Positions 7,238 to 15,106 of a stretch of DNA of 64,000 nt are shown here, one piece after another (position 1 is the stretch's first letter; each line of letters starts with the position of its first letter). Position numbers and translations under genes: made by a program. The stretch covers positions 33,863-97,862 of IMG/VR virus record IMGVR_UViG_3300017963_000216; one strand, 5' to 3'. Source of the DNA: a virus. Taxonomy: Duplodnaviria; Heunggongvirae; Uroviricota; Caudoviricetes. The notes under the pieces were generated by a model, which did no database searches, had not been told where the DNA came from, and saw only the letters and a program-made list of their open reading frames with translations.

Positions 7238-7400
7238 CCTCACAATACTGATTCGCCCTGGTGAGGGCCAAAACCGGGCCGCTGCCCGCCTCCTCACTTT
7301 GCTTCCTTCTGTTTCAATAGCGGAGGGTCGAGGTCCACAGCTTCCTCACAAAACTGCTTCGCCTTAGTGAGGTCAAAACCGGACTGTTGCCCGCCTCTTT
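7238..7400. repeat. two ~60-bp imperfect direct repeats, each with a CCTCAC...GTGAGG hairpin and CAAAACCGG...TGCCCGCCTC box
   Basis: Unit A 7238-7300 and unit B 7344-7400 share CTCACAAnACTGnTTCGCC...GTGAGGnCAAAACCGG.....TGCCCGCCTC. Confidence 0.4.
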
Positions 7401-7420
7401 CTCCGCACTCTCTTTCAAGC

Positions 7421-7489
7421 ATGCCTGGAGGGACTCGAACCCCCGACCACCGGTGGCACCGGCACTCTACCAACTGAGCTACAAACATG
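7421..7489 (-). tRNA. tRNA-like gene with truncated/palindromic anticodon arm (possible pseudo-tRNA)
   Basis: Good acceptor ATGTTTG/CAGGCAT, D arm GCTC-AGTTGGTA-GAGT and T arm GGGGG-TTCGAGT-CCCTC. The anticodon region is replaced by the palindrome CCGGTG-C-CACCGG; total 69 nt. Confidence 0.35.
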
Positions 7490-7550
7490 TCATTGGTGTG
7501 CTTCGCACCACGTCCCGGTAGAGAGGTGCTCGCGTCTAGAATTCACCAAG

Positions 7551-7623
7551 CTCCGGGAACTGGGCTCGAACCAGTGACCTACAGATTAACAATCTGCCGC
7601 GCTACCAACTGCGCCATCCCGGA
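7551..7623 (-). tRNA. tRNA-Asn (anticodon GTT)
   Basis: Hand-folded: acceptor TCCGGGA/TCCCGGA, D arm GCGC-AGTTGGTA-GCGC, anticodon stem GCAGA/TCTGT with loop TTGTTAA, T arm ACTGG-TTCGAGC-CCAGT. Confidence 0.7.
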
Positions 7624-7625
7624 AT

Positions 7626-7703
7626 ACTGTGGACCTGTCGGATTTGAACCAGCGACCTCCCCAAGTGGGGCGCTCTCAACATACTGAGCTAAGCGTCCAC
7701 AGT
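7626..7703 (-). tRNA. tRNA-like gene with aberrant anticodon arm
   Basis: Acceptor TGTGGAC/GTCCACA, D arm GCTC-AGTATGTTGA-GAGC, T-loop TTCAAAT. The anticodon region is a short hairpin CCCCA-CT-TGGGG. Confidence 0.3.
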
Positions 7704-7902
7704 GTTGACTTGCTAGGCTGTGTTGTTTATCGTATGAGGTAAATCATTTATCTCAATTTCACCACTACTGAGCACCTAGCTCGTCGTCCTCTGATGGGGC
7801 CATTACAGCCCCTGAAACATTGGTCTGTCCTCCTGGTTGGTTGTCTGCCACAGCCGTTCGGTCGGTGGCCTTGTTCTTCTGTTTACGTTAAAGGTATACT
7901 CA

Positions 7903-7931
7903 ATCTTATCACACAAATGTTGCCTTGTCAA
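7903..7931 (-). promoter_or_regulatory. sigma70-like promoter (TTGACA-N17-TAAGAT) directed into the tRNA array
   Basis: Minus-strand read: TTGACAaggcaacatttgtgtgaTAAGAT, just downstream of the 7957 gene stop and upstream of the tRNA cluster. Confidence 0.4.
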
Positions 7932-7956
7932 ATTAAATCTTCATAAGCTTCCCTCC

Positions 7957-8235
7957 TCAAAGGACTCGGATAGGGTTTTCTTCGGACGGCGGGTCGAAGC
8001 CGTTCTCTACACACCACGCGACGTAGTCAGGGTCTGGGTCGCCCAGGGTGTATTCGCTGCCGCTGTTGGTCGTCACTACTCGGCCCTCTACAGAGACGAT
8101 GCGCGACGTCGTGATGAACTTCCCGTCCTCGAACAGCGGGCTCCCGCTGACGACTCCCGAGATGCACCGGATCTGACACTCCGGAGGAGTGTAAGGGCCG
8201 CTGAGGTTGGACACTGCCCATTGTTCAAGTTTCAT
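7957..8235 (-). CDS. hypothetical protein
   Basis: 92-aa ORF. Confidence 0.5.
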   Translation of the reverse strand: MKLEQWAVSNLSGPYTPPECQIRCISGVVSGSPLFEDGKFITTSRIVSVEGRVVTTNSGSEYTLGDPDPDYVAWCVENGFDPPSEENPIRVL

Positions 8236-8245
8236 GGCTCACCTT

Positions 8246-8521
8246 TCAAACCGTTTTCAGATTCTTTCTGATTGCTTTGACTTCTGCCAGGACGCGAGCC
8301 GTTCGCCGCCGTTGATTATCCAGCAGCTCTTCCAGGGTCTCCAACTGGCGAGCGGCCCACTTGAGGCTTACACTGCCAGAACCAGCCCGCTCCGAGTTGC
8401 GCTCGTCGGCCAAGATGACTCGTGCGTTGACGTGAGCCGCTTGTGCGGTGATGTCAGCGTGGTTGTCCGACAGCAGGTCCATCAGGGCCTTTAGGTTTCG
8501 CATGTTTGATTCGTTCGGCAT
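8246..8521 (-). CDS. hypothetical protein
   Basis: Start set at the internal ATG (MPNESN, 8521) with AGGAAACAGAC RBS, because the longer start at 8569 would lie inside the predicted promoter. Confidence 0.45.
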   Translation of the reverse strand: MPNESNMRNLKALMDLLSDNHADITAQAAHVNARVILADERNSERAGSGSVSLKWAARQLETLEELLDNQRRRTARVLAEVKAIRKNLKTV

Positions 8522-8557
8522 GTCTGTTTCCTTGTTTGTGATGTTTTGTCTACCTAA

Positions 8558-8585
8558 ATCATACACCACCCCAGACCGGTGTCAA
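8558..8585 (-). promoter_or_regulatory. sigma70-like promoter (TTGACA-N16-TATGAT) with TTAGGTAGACAAAAC box
   Basis: Minus-strand read: TTGACAccggtctggggtggtgTATGATttaggtagacaaaac. Confidence 0.35.
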
Positions 8586-8884
8586 ATCAATTCCAGGAAA
8601 ACTTCCTGGATTTCGGTCAGGTACATGGGAAGCCCGTTGTGCACGTAACCCTCTGAGAGGCTCTCAGGGCCCACGTAACGCCATTGGGAGAGTGTGTATG
8701 AGTATCCGTCCGGATGGTAATCGCAGACCATGTCGACGCCATCCATGAACCCCTCGATGCGGGCCTGGATTGAGGTAGACACCCGAAACTGAGAACAGGT
8801 GAAGTCGTCCATCTCCAGCCCGCCATTCACGTACAGGCCCATCCGCCCGCGATCCCCTTCAACTACTACGATGTCGAACTTCAT
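8582..8884 (-). CDS. hypothetical protein
   Basis: 100-aa ORF. Confidence 0.5.
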   Translation of the reverse strand: MKFDIVVVEGDRGRMGLYVNGGLEMDDFTCSQFRVSTSIQARIEGFMDGVDMVCDYHPDGYSYTLSQWRYVGPESLSEGYVHNGLPMYLTEIQEVFLELI

Positions 8885-9174
8885 GGCTTCTCCATCCCTT
8901 CAATAGGCAGATCAAGGATGTCGTGAGGCATCCAGTTGATGTTGTAAGTCTCCGGGTGGTCGCTCGGCAGCGTCCAGTTCTCCACCTTCACCTCGTGGTA
9001 GTTGGACAGGGCGTCCACGTACCCGTCGATGTACGCACTGATGCTGTCGTGGTATTCATCGCCTCCAGCTATCAGGATTCCGAAAGGGCCGTACAACCCA
9101 GTGCACCCATCGCCATCTGGGTTGATGCGAACTCTGACAAGCAGCATCTTTGGCAGCATGTCCTTTTGGCTCAT
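8881..9174 (-). CDS. hypothetical protein
   Basis: 97-aa ORF, ATGA-coupled to the DNA polymerase gene. Confidence 0.5.
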   Translation of the reverse strand: MSQKDMLPKMLLVRVRINPDGDGCTGLYGPFGILIAGGDEYHDSISAYIDGYVDALSNYHEVKVENWTLPSDHPETYNINWMPHDILDLPIEGMEKP

Positions 9175-11741
9175 ATCATGTTCTCCAAGCTGCTAAGGTC
9201 TAGGCAGGGGTCAGGCACTTCGTCCAACGCCTCCAGTTCTTCGATCCCCATCGGGGCCACGTACTCTTCGTCGTCGAACACTTCCTTGATGCCGTGCGGG
9301 CCGATGGAGATGACCGCTTCCTTCGCGCCCTTCTTCCCTGCCCAGTTCTCCATGCTCTTGACCCAGTCCATGCCGATCAGCGGCACCCGGTCGCGGTATG
9401 ACTCGACCACCCGCAAGGTGACATCGGTCACCTCGTCGACGTAGTCCGGGTCGGTCACGCTGAGCACCTCATCGTGGATGTTGATCGGAGCCACCCGCCA
9501 GGGGTTCACACCGCTGGGCTGGATGTCCCAGATCTGTCGCTGCAAGTCCTTCGTGATCATAGCTCCAGGTGACTGGATGAGGTGGTTGTTAGCCGCCCGG
9601 ATATTCGCTGCCTGTATCTGGAAAGCTGCTCCATATAACGCCGATGACACTGCTCCCGCTGGCGTTTGTTCTCGGTCTCTTCGGACGACCTTAAAGTCAA
9701 GTCGTCTCCAGGCTTTGGGAACGTCGTGGGCGAGGTCGAAGATGGCCTTAGCAATCTTATTCTCGATAGGGAAGTAGCGTCGGAATCCGAGGAACGTTTC
9801 GACATACTCAGCAGGCACCTTATACGTGATCTTGCCTGTACCAACCTCGCCGTGCTGCTCCAGAGCTGCGAAGTCTTCGGCAACTTTGTCACGTGCTGCT
9901 TTGATGCCTGGGTACTTGTTCTGGAAGTTGTCGAATGCGGTCTCGGCGACCTTCTTAGGAATCGACAGCTTTTTATTGATGGTGTTTGCGTCGCCGCCGT
10001 ACAATGTTGCAAACACAGCCTGCTTGCCACGAGTGTACATATCGACATCGCCACCGTCCTTATATCCTTTCGATGCCTTGATCTCTTCCTCAGTCTTGTT
10101 CGGATAGATCTCCACCGCCATCATGGTGTGGATAGACTTGCCAGCCAGCAGGTCAGCCCGTAGCTTGGCGTCCTGGAACACAGCGTCTGCCAAGGTCACC
10201 TCGAAGCCGTCGAAGTCACCACCGCACAGAACCATGCCTCCCCACTTCAGCGGGAAGCTCGACCGAACTTCGTCAGACCCTTTAATGCCTTGCGCGTTGA
10301 GACCTTCCCCGCCCGCCATACGGGATGACAAGGTTCCAATAACTTTGAACGCGGCGTGGAACCGTCCGGCTTGCAGCAGCTTTGTGTACAGTTCGACTTC
10401 TTTCGCTGCGGCCTTAATGTGCAGGATCTCGTCGGCCCGCTTGGACGCTGGGGTTGGTCCAGCCGGGAGGAAGCCCGCTTCAGAACACCGAATGCAGCCG
10501 TCGCCAAAACATTTAATGCACAGCTCACCGCCCAGCTCAGGGTCACAATCATCAGGATCAACAATGTATTCGTCACGTATCTTCTCCAGGTTCGCCTTCT
10601 TCGTGCTCTTGTCGATCAAGGTTGCCTCGGTCTCGTCCATCACTTCGCGGATGTACTCTTTGACCTTGGAAGGCTTGTTGATGTTTACCGGGGATGCCTC
10701 AAGCACTTGGCGGGATTTTGCAAGTAGTCTGGCGATCTCTGTGGCGTCGATGGTGAAACCATGCCAACGAACAGAGGCGACCATGCATGCAAGCACTGAG
10801 TCATTGTCTCCTGCTTCTGGGAAGCCGAAGTATTCGTCGAGCAACCGTGTGTAGACAACGTCGTCTCGTGCGTAGCGTCTAGCCTCTTCATTATCTCTCC
10901 AGTGTTTAATGTCAATATGAATGAGCGCGGGCCATGCGTAGCCCTTCAGTTTACGCTGCTTATCCCATACTTTCCAATCCACCTCAGGCTTGCTGATTCC
11001 CAAGGCGAACGGAGCGTACCCGATCTCTGCCAGCTTGTGCGGGCGGATTGGGTAGACATCCTTGAACGAGTGGAACTCAGGGTCCAGACCGAGGCAGTGC
11101 TCGGCCAGATACTTCAGCCCTCTCGCAGGTTTGAACTTCAGTGTAACATCGACGAAGTCCGGATCGATCTCATCTTCCTTGCCCTTCTTAATCCTGTCGT
11201 ACACGCCCCACTTCGGAGCGTTGGGGTTGGCTCTCTTAGCGAACAAGATGCCGTCCAGCTCAATACGCTTCTCCAGCTCCTGAGCCAGCTTCGACCCGAG
11301 CTGTCTCGGGACCTTCGTCACACGCACGTCGTGCCGCGACATGAGCGTCTGGAACTTGCCCTTGCGGCTGTGCAGCATCAGGCAGATGACGTTGTCAGGC
11401 TTGTAGCAGTCGCCGTCTCGGGCGTCCTTCTCTGCCTGCGCCAGGACATCCACGTGGATGTTCTTCGGCACAGCGTCAGGACCTACACGCTCAGCCAGCA
11501 GCTTCCACATCGTGTACACCTTGCACATGTGGAACGTGTCGTAGTTGGCGTTGAAGAAGCACAGGGTCTTACCCTTCTCTACGAACTTCTCCAGCAGCTC
11601 AATGGTGTCACGCACCGGCACATCCCAGAGGTTGTGCAGGTGAACATCCCCATCCTCGTAAGCCCACTGGATGAGGGTGATGAGACCTTGAAAGCCAACC
11701 GTCTCAGAATCTATATAGTATGTGTTAGGTCTGAATCTCAT
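9171..11741 (-). CDS. DNA polymerase, family A (Pol I-like) with N-terminal 3'-5' proofreading exonuclease
   Basis: Exo I YIDSETVGF near the N-terminus; motif A GGDFDGFEVTLA; motif B RGKQAVFATLYGG; motif C NIHDEVL. Start trimmed to MRFRPNTYYIDSETVGF (11741) just past the HNH gene stop. Confidence 0.8.
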   Translation of the reverse strand: MRFRPNTYYIDSETVGFQGLITLIQWAYEDGDVHLHNLWDVPVRDTIELLEKFVEKGKTLCFFNANYDTFHMCKVYTMWKLLAERVGPDAVPKNIHVDVLAQAEKDARDGDCYKPDNVICLMLHSRKGKFQTLMSRHDVRVTKVPRQLGSKLAQELEKRIELDGILFAKRANPNAPKWGVYDRIKKGKEDEIDPDFVDVTLKFKPARGLKYLAEHCLGLDPEFHSFKDVYPIRPHKLAEIGYAPFALGISKPEVDWKVWDKQRKLKGYAWPALIHIDIKHWRDNEEARRYARDDVVYTRLLDEYFGFPEAGDNDSVLACMVASVRWHGFTIDATEIARLLAKSRQVLEASPVNINKPSKVKEYIREVMDETEATLIDKSTKKANLEKIRDEYIVDPDDCDPELGGELCIKCFGDGCIRCSEAGFLPAGPTPASKRADEILHIKAAAKEVELYTKLLQAGRFHAAFKVIGTLSSRMAGGEGLNAQGIKGSDEVRSSFPLKWGGMVLCGGDFDGFEVTLADAVFQDAKLRADLLAGKSIHTMMAVEIYPNKTEEEIKASKGYKDGGDVDMYTRGKQAVFATLYGGDANTINKKLSIPKKVAETAFDNFQNKYPGIKAARDKVAEDFAALEQHGEVGTGKITYKVPAEYVETFLGFRRYFPIENKIAKAIFDLAHDVPKAWRRLDFKVVRRDREQTPAGAVSSALYGAAFQIQAANIRAANNHLIQSPGAMITKDLQRQIWDIQPSGVNPWRVAPINIHDEVLSVTDPDYVDEVTDVTLRVVESYRDRVPLIGMDWVKSMENWAGKKGAKEAVISIGPHGIKEVFDDEEYVAPMGIEELEALDEVPDPCLDLSSLENMI

Positions 11742-12234
11742 AAGTCCAGCTATACCCTCCTGCTGTGTTTCGTTGTCCGGTGCAAGCTTTGCAAATGTTA
11801 CTGTGGTATGTACCGCTCTCCTCAGCCGCAACACTGATGTTTATGAAGCGAACACCGTCACTCCTGATTACTGGTGACCCTCCATGGGTTCCATCTCTTC
11901 GTTGATCTAACGCGTTCTGCTGTCGGGTGCCATAGCTGAGATTGTCAACAGAGTTGTCGCCTAAACCTGCTGGCCCGTGCCGAACCTCGTGACCTTCTGG
12001 GCGACGGCCTAGGAACGCCTCTGCCACCAGCTTGTGAACGTTGAAGGTTCTTCCAGATAGCCCAACTTGGTGATACCCGAAATTGTTGAAGAAGTGTTTC
12101 AGCACCCGGCCCTTCAACTGGCAGGTTCCGTGCGTCGGATGCTTGGCTTCCCTAGGCAACGAGCGGACACGCCCAAGGTCAGACACTTGGTATGCACCTT
12201 CGTAGCCTTCTATGTCTTTCCACTTCTCGCTCAC
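11725..12234 (-). CDS. HNH homing-endonuclease-like protein (NUMOD4-like N-terminus)
   Basis: WKDIEGYEGAYQVSDLGRVRSL (NUMOD4-like) and HKLVAEAFLGRRPEGHEVRHGPAGLGDNSVDNLSYGTRQQN (HNH). GTG start overlaps the stop of the upstream small ORF. Confidence 0.7.
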   Translation of the reverse strand: MSEKWKDIEGYEGAYQVSDLGRVRSLPREAKHPTHGTCQLKGRVLKHFFNNFGYHQVGLSGRTFNVHKLVAEAFLGRRPEGHEVRHGPAGLGDNSVDNLSYGTRQQNALDQRRDGTHGGSPVIRSDGVRFINISVAAEESGTYHSNICKACTGQRNTAGGYSWTYEIQT

Positions 12235-12407
12235 AGGCCAGGGTCCTCTTCCATTTCTGCTTTGAAGTCTTCAAGGGCTTGCACGGCTGCCCAGTACGCT
12301 GGCTTTATCTCGTCCTCGTGACGCCACCCCTCGGCGGCGATGAACCTGTCGAGGGCTGAGTGGGCGTCACGGACGGCAGCCAGGAGTTTGATTGCGCTCG
12401 GTTTCAT
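12231..12407 (-). CDS. hypothetical small protein (58 aa)
   Basis: GGAGGACGT-ATG RBS, ATGA-coupled to the upstream gene: MKPSAIKLLAAVRDAHSALDRFIAAEGWRHEDEIKPAYWAAVQALEDFKAEMEEDPGL. Below the ORF-track cutoff. Confidence 0.35.
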   Translation of the reverse strand: MKPSAIKLLAAVRDAHSALDRFIAAEGWRHEDEIKPAYWAAVQALEDFKAEMEEDPGL

Positions 12408-12661
12408 ACGTCCTCCACAATGTCTTTGATCTCGACGAGCCGAGCCATAATGGCCGAGTTGCGCAGCCTCAGCTCATCGATTGCCTTCTGCGAAGACTTG
12501 CTGTTGTCCTTGCAGAGGAACTGCAAGCGGGTGACTTCGGCCAGTTGATCCCGCCACTTCTTCGCATACTCGTCACGTTCGTTGGAGACCACGATGATTG
12601 CGAAGAAGAGCATGCCACATAAACAGGCCACCAAAATGAAACTTGCTAGTGCACTTGCCAT
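12404..12661 (-). CDS. membrane-anchored coiled-coil protein
   Basis: N-terminal TM (MASALASFILVACLCGMLFFAIIVV) followed by a helical charged region. Confidence 0.45.
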   Translation of the reverse strand: MASALASFILVACLCGMLFFAIIVVSNERDEYAKKWRDQLAEVTRLQFLCKDNSKSSQKAIDELRLRNSAIMARLVEIKDIVEDV

Positions 12662-13470
12662 TATTTCCCCGCTTTCTTAAAGAACTTCTTCGTCCGGCCA
12701 CGGTTGTGATAGCTGGCTCCGCTGAAGACGTAGTCGATTGGAAGGTCAGGGTTGATCTCATCAGGCACCGGTAGCTCATCCGGGATGATCTCATCAGGCA
12801 CAGGGCCGCCACCCTCGTAGTCGTACAGCTTGAGGATGTTGTTCACTCGGTTGTTCTGGTACTTGATGAACGCTTCCAGGTCTTCCAGCTGGGCGTAGTC
12901 TGGGTCGTAATACTTGACGGCTTTCAGGAGCACCTCGGAGAAGTAGATGAATTCCTTCGCCTTCGTGTACCTGTAAGGGTCCTCGGTGCCCGCCATCGTG
13001 TGATACAGAACGCTCATGGCAAACGCGTTGCCCTCGTCCAGGATGTAGAGTGGCTCGCGGTTCCAGTAACGCTGTTGCTCGACGAGGTACAACTTCCAGG
13101 TCTCAGTCCGCCGCGTCTTGTGCACCATCGCAGCCACCTGCTTCAAGGTGACGTCTGGCTCGACGAAGATCACGTAGTGATTGTTCAGCAGGTAGATGGC
13201 GTTGTCGTTCGCCTTGGTCTTGCAACGGATGTCGCTGCTGACTTGGTGGCAGAGTTCATGAACCCAGTTCCCTGGGTCCTTCTCGTTCCGCATCGGGTGT
13301 CCCGCCCTGGCGTGACACTCCAAGTCGTTGATGATCATCCCGTAGCCTTCGTTCTTCACACACCTCTGCTCCGGGTACGTCTGGAACGGCTGGGCCTTCA
13401 GTTGGCTGCCGATCAATAGCGCGGTCGTAATAAGAGCGACCACGATAGCTATACGAATTCGTTTCCACAT
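12661..13470 (-). CDS. secreted protein with HExxH motif (putative zinc metallopeptidase-like)
   Basis: Internal start MWKRIRIAIVVALITTALLIGSQLKAQ is a Sec-type signal; NWVHELCHQ contains HELCH. C-terminal PDE-rich repeats IIPDELPVPDEINPDLPIDY. Confidence 0.5.
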   Translation of the reverse strand: MWKRIRIAIVVALITTALLIGSQLKAQPFQTYPEQRCVKNEGYGMIINDLECHARAGHPMRNEKDPGNWVHELCHQVSSDIRCKTKANDNAIYLLNNHYVIFVEPDVTLKQVAAMVHKTRRTETWKLYLVEQQRYWNREPLYILDEGNAFAMSVLYHTMAGTEDPYRYTKAKEFIYFSEVLLKAVKYYDPDYAQLEDLEAFIKYQNNRVNNILKLYDYEGGGPVPDEIIPDELPVPDEINPDLPIDYVFSGASYHNRGRTKKFFKKAGK

Positions 13471-13472
13471 GG

Positions 13473-13742
13473 TTAGTCCTTTGTAAATGGTTTGCCGACA
13501 GTGATGAAACGCAAGTGCTCGCGAGGCATGAAAGCGTCCTCGATCCAGTAACCGCCCAAGGCGTTGTCGTACAGCTGGGCCACGGTGAGAGCTTTGCTGC
13601 CTCGCCACTCCAACTCCAACCTGCGATCTTCAAAGTAGTTGACGGATGAGTAGATGCGGACGACCGCCAGCGTTGGCGGCGACGCGTAGACTTGGCGGGA
13701 GGCCGCGTCGTTGACCGGCCAGAACGGAGAGTTCTTGTTCAT
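13473..13742 (-). CDS. hypothetical protein
   Basis: 89-aa ORF, ATGA-coupled. Confidence 0.45.
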   Translation of the reverse strand: MNKNSPFWPVNDAASRQVYASPPTLAVVRIYSSVNYFEDRRLELEWRGSKALTVAQLYDNALGGYWIEDAFMPREHLRFITVGKPFTKD

Positions 13743-14116
13743 TGTATGTCCATGTGTCCTTTGATGATCATTCGGAGGTCGTCCAGGTGGCTGTCCTTAG
13801 CCTGCACGATGGCGTCCTTGTTCCGGTCCTCGCCGGATGGTGGTCGGTAGCCCTGCTCCCACAAGCAGTCGAACAGAGCTTGGAAGTGGTTGTTCCCGCC
13901 CTCCCGGTCCTTTACTCGGAAGCTGGGATCTGCGTCGCTCCCTTTGAGGTCTTCGAGGTCGACCCACTCGGTCTGAGCGAGGAACCGCTTAGCAGGCGAA
14001 CCGTAGACGAACTCGTTCTTTATGACGTGCAGCTCGGCGGCTTGCCAGTTGATGTTGTAGCTGAGCCGGAACTGAAGGCCATGCTCAGTCTTCTCGGGGT
14101 GCCAGAGGCTCCACAT
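13739..14116 (-). CDS. hypothetical protein
   Basis: Start trimmed to internal ATG (MWSLWHPEKTEHGL) adjacent to the upstream stop at 14116. Confidence 0.45.
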   Translation of the reverse strand: MWSLWHPEKTEHGLQFRLSYNINWQAAELHVIKNEFVYGSPAKRFLAQTEWVDLEDLKGSDADPSFRVKDREGGNNHFQALFDCLWEQGYRPPSGEDRNKDAIVQAKDSHLDDLRMIIKGHMDIQ

Positions 14117-14529
14117 TAGTCCACCGCCTTCCAGGTCTTTACCTTGACCAGCTTCTCGGTGCACTCCAGGAAGTAGGCGTACGGCTGCCAGTCGATTGAC
14201 TCGGGATCGCCGTGCTTGCCACCGCCGTACCAGTGCGTCCAGCCGATCCACCGACCATCTGTAATCTGGATGCCGACCTCCCTGGCTTCATAGTGACGAT
14301 TGTACGGGGCTTCGAGGCCAGTCTCTACTTCGCCGTACCGGATCTCGCTCGCGATTTCATCTCCGAAGTCTTCGCAGTCGAACCAGACTCGTTCGATTGA
14401 CTCGGCGTCAACCATGGTGTACATATCCACCTGCGTGACACGGAAGCCTTCCTCGCCCTCATAGCGGCGGAAGGTCTCCTCGACGATGTACTTGAGTAGT
14501 TCGATGGGAGCTGTGAGTTTATCGGTCAA
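14116..14529 (-). CDS. hypothetical protein
   Basis: 137-aa acidic ORF. Confidence 0.5.
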   Translation of the reverse strand: MTDKLTAPIELLKYIVEETFRRYEGEEGFRVTQVDMYTMVDAESIERVWFDCEDFGDEIASEIRYGEVETGLEAPYNRHYEAREVGIQITDGRWIGWTHWYGGGKHGDPESIDWQPYAYFLECTEKLVKVKTWKAVD

Positions 14530-14716
14530 GATTGATGTCCCCTATGTTGGCCACGTTGTGGATGACGACCGGCTGCGGGGCGTTGGAGCCTCGATGGTCG
14601 GGCTGCCAGTTCGGGTAGTACCGACTGCCACTCTTGGTGGTGGTGTGCTTCTGCTTCTTCAGGATGGCCTCAATGGAGCGGGGCCAACGGGTTCGGGTGG
14701 GTTGGCCTACGATCAT
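14519..14716 (-). CDS. hypothetical small basic protein
   Basis: 65-aa ORF. Confidence 0.3.
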   Translation of the reverse strand: MIVGQPTRTRWPRSIEAILKKQKHTTTKSGSRYYPNWQPDHRGSNAPQPVVIHNVANIGDINLDR

Positions 14717-15045
14717 GATTTGCGCTCCATGGATACTGATGCATCTTCAGGCGGTTGAGGACGGAGGGTGAGAGGGATCTGCGCCACGAGGCCCAGGATG
14801 TCACCTGAGTCTGACTTCAGGCGCACAGCGTTGTGGTAGACGGCTGCACTGTACGGAGGCTTGAATCCCTCCACAATCATCTTGTTGTTGGTGGTGATCT
14901 GCTCTTCCGTGAGGAAGGACTCTCGGAACGCGAACGAGACGATCTCGTCTTGCTCGTAGCCCGCTGCCTCTGCTGCGGCGTATAGTGCCGCCACGCTGAG
15001 GTTATACGTTTCCTCGGCAAGCTGCTGGGGTGATCTGCTCTTCAT
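14713..15045 (-). CDS. hypothetical protein
   Basis: 110-aa ORF directly downstream of the predicted promoter at 15063-15091 with AGGAGA RBS. Confidence 0.5.
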   Translation of the reverse strand: MKSRSPQQLAEETYNLSVAALYAAAEAAGYEQDEIVSFAFRESFLTEEQITTNNKMIVEGFKPPYSAAVYHNAVRLKSDSGDILGLVAQIPLTLRPQPPEDASVSMERKS

Positions 15046-15062
15046 GTGATTCTCCTACTTAA

Positions 15063-15091
15063 AGCATACCGCACAGACGTGGGCATGTCAA
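15063..15091 (-). promoter_or_regulatory. sigma70-like promoter (TTGACA-N17-TATGCT) with TTAAGTAGGAGA box
   Basis: Minus-strand read: TTGACAtgcccacgtctgtgcggTATGCTttaagtaggagaatcacATG. Confidence 0.35.
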
Positions 15092-15106
15092 ATATTTATT
15101 TCGGAA

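Noticed and set aside
7128-7687. Track ORFs 7128-7367 (+), 7294-7488 (-) and 7487-7687 (+) in the tRNA region.
   Set aside because: They overlap tRNA or tRNA-like genes and the direct repeats, have no RBS, and are compositionally odd. They were treated as non-coding.
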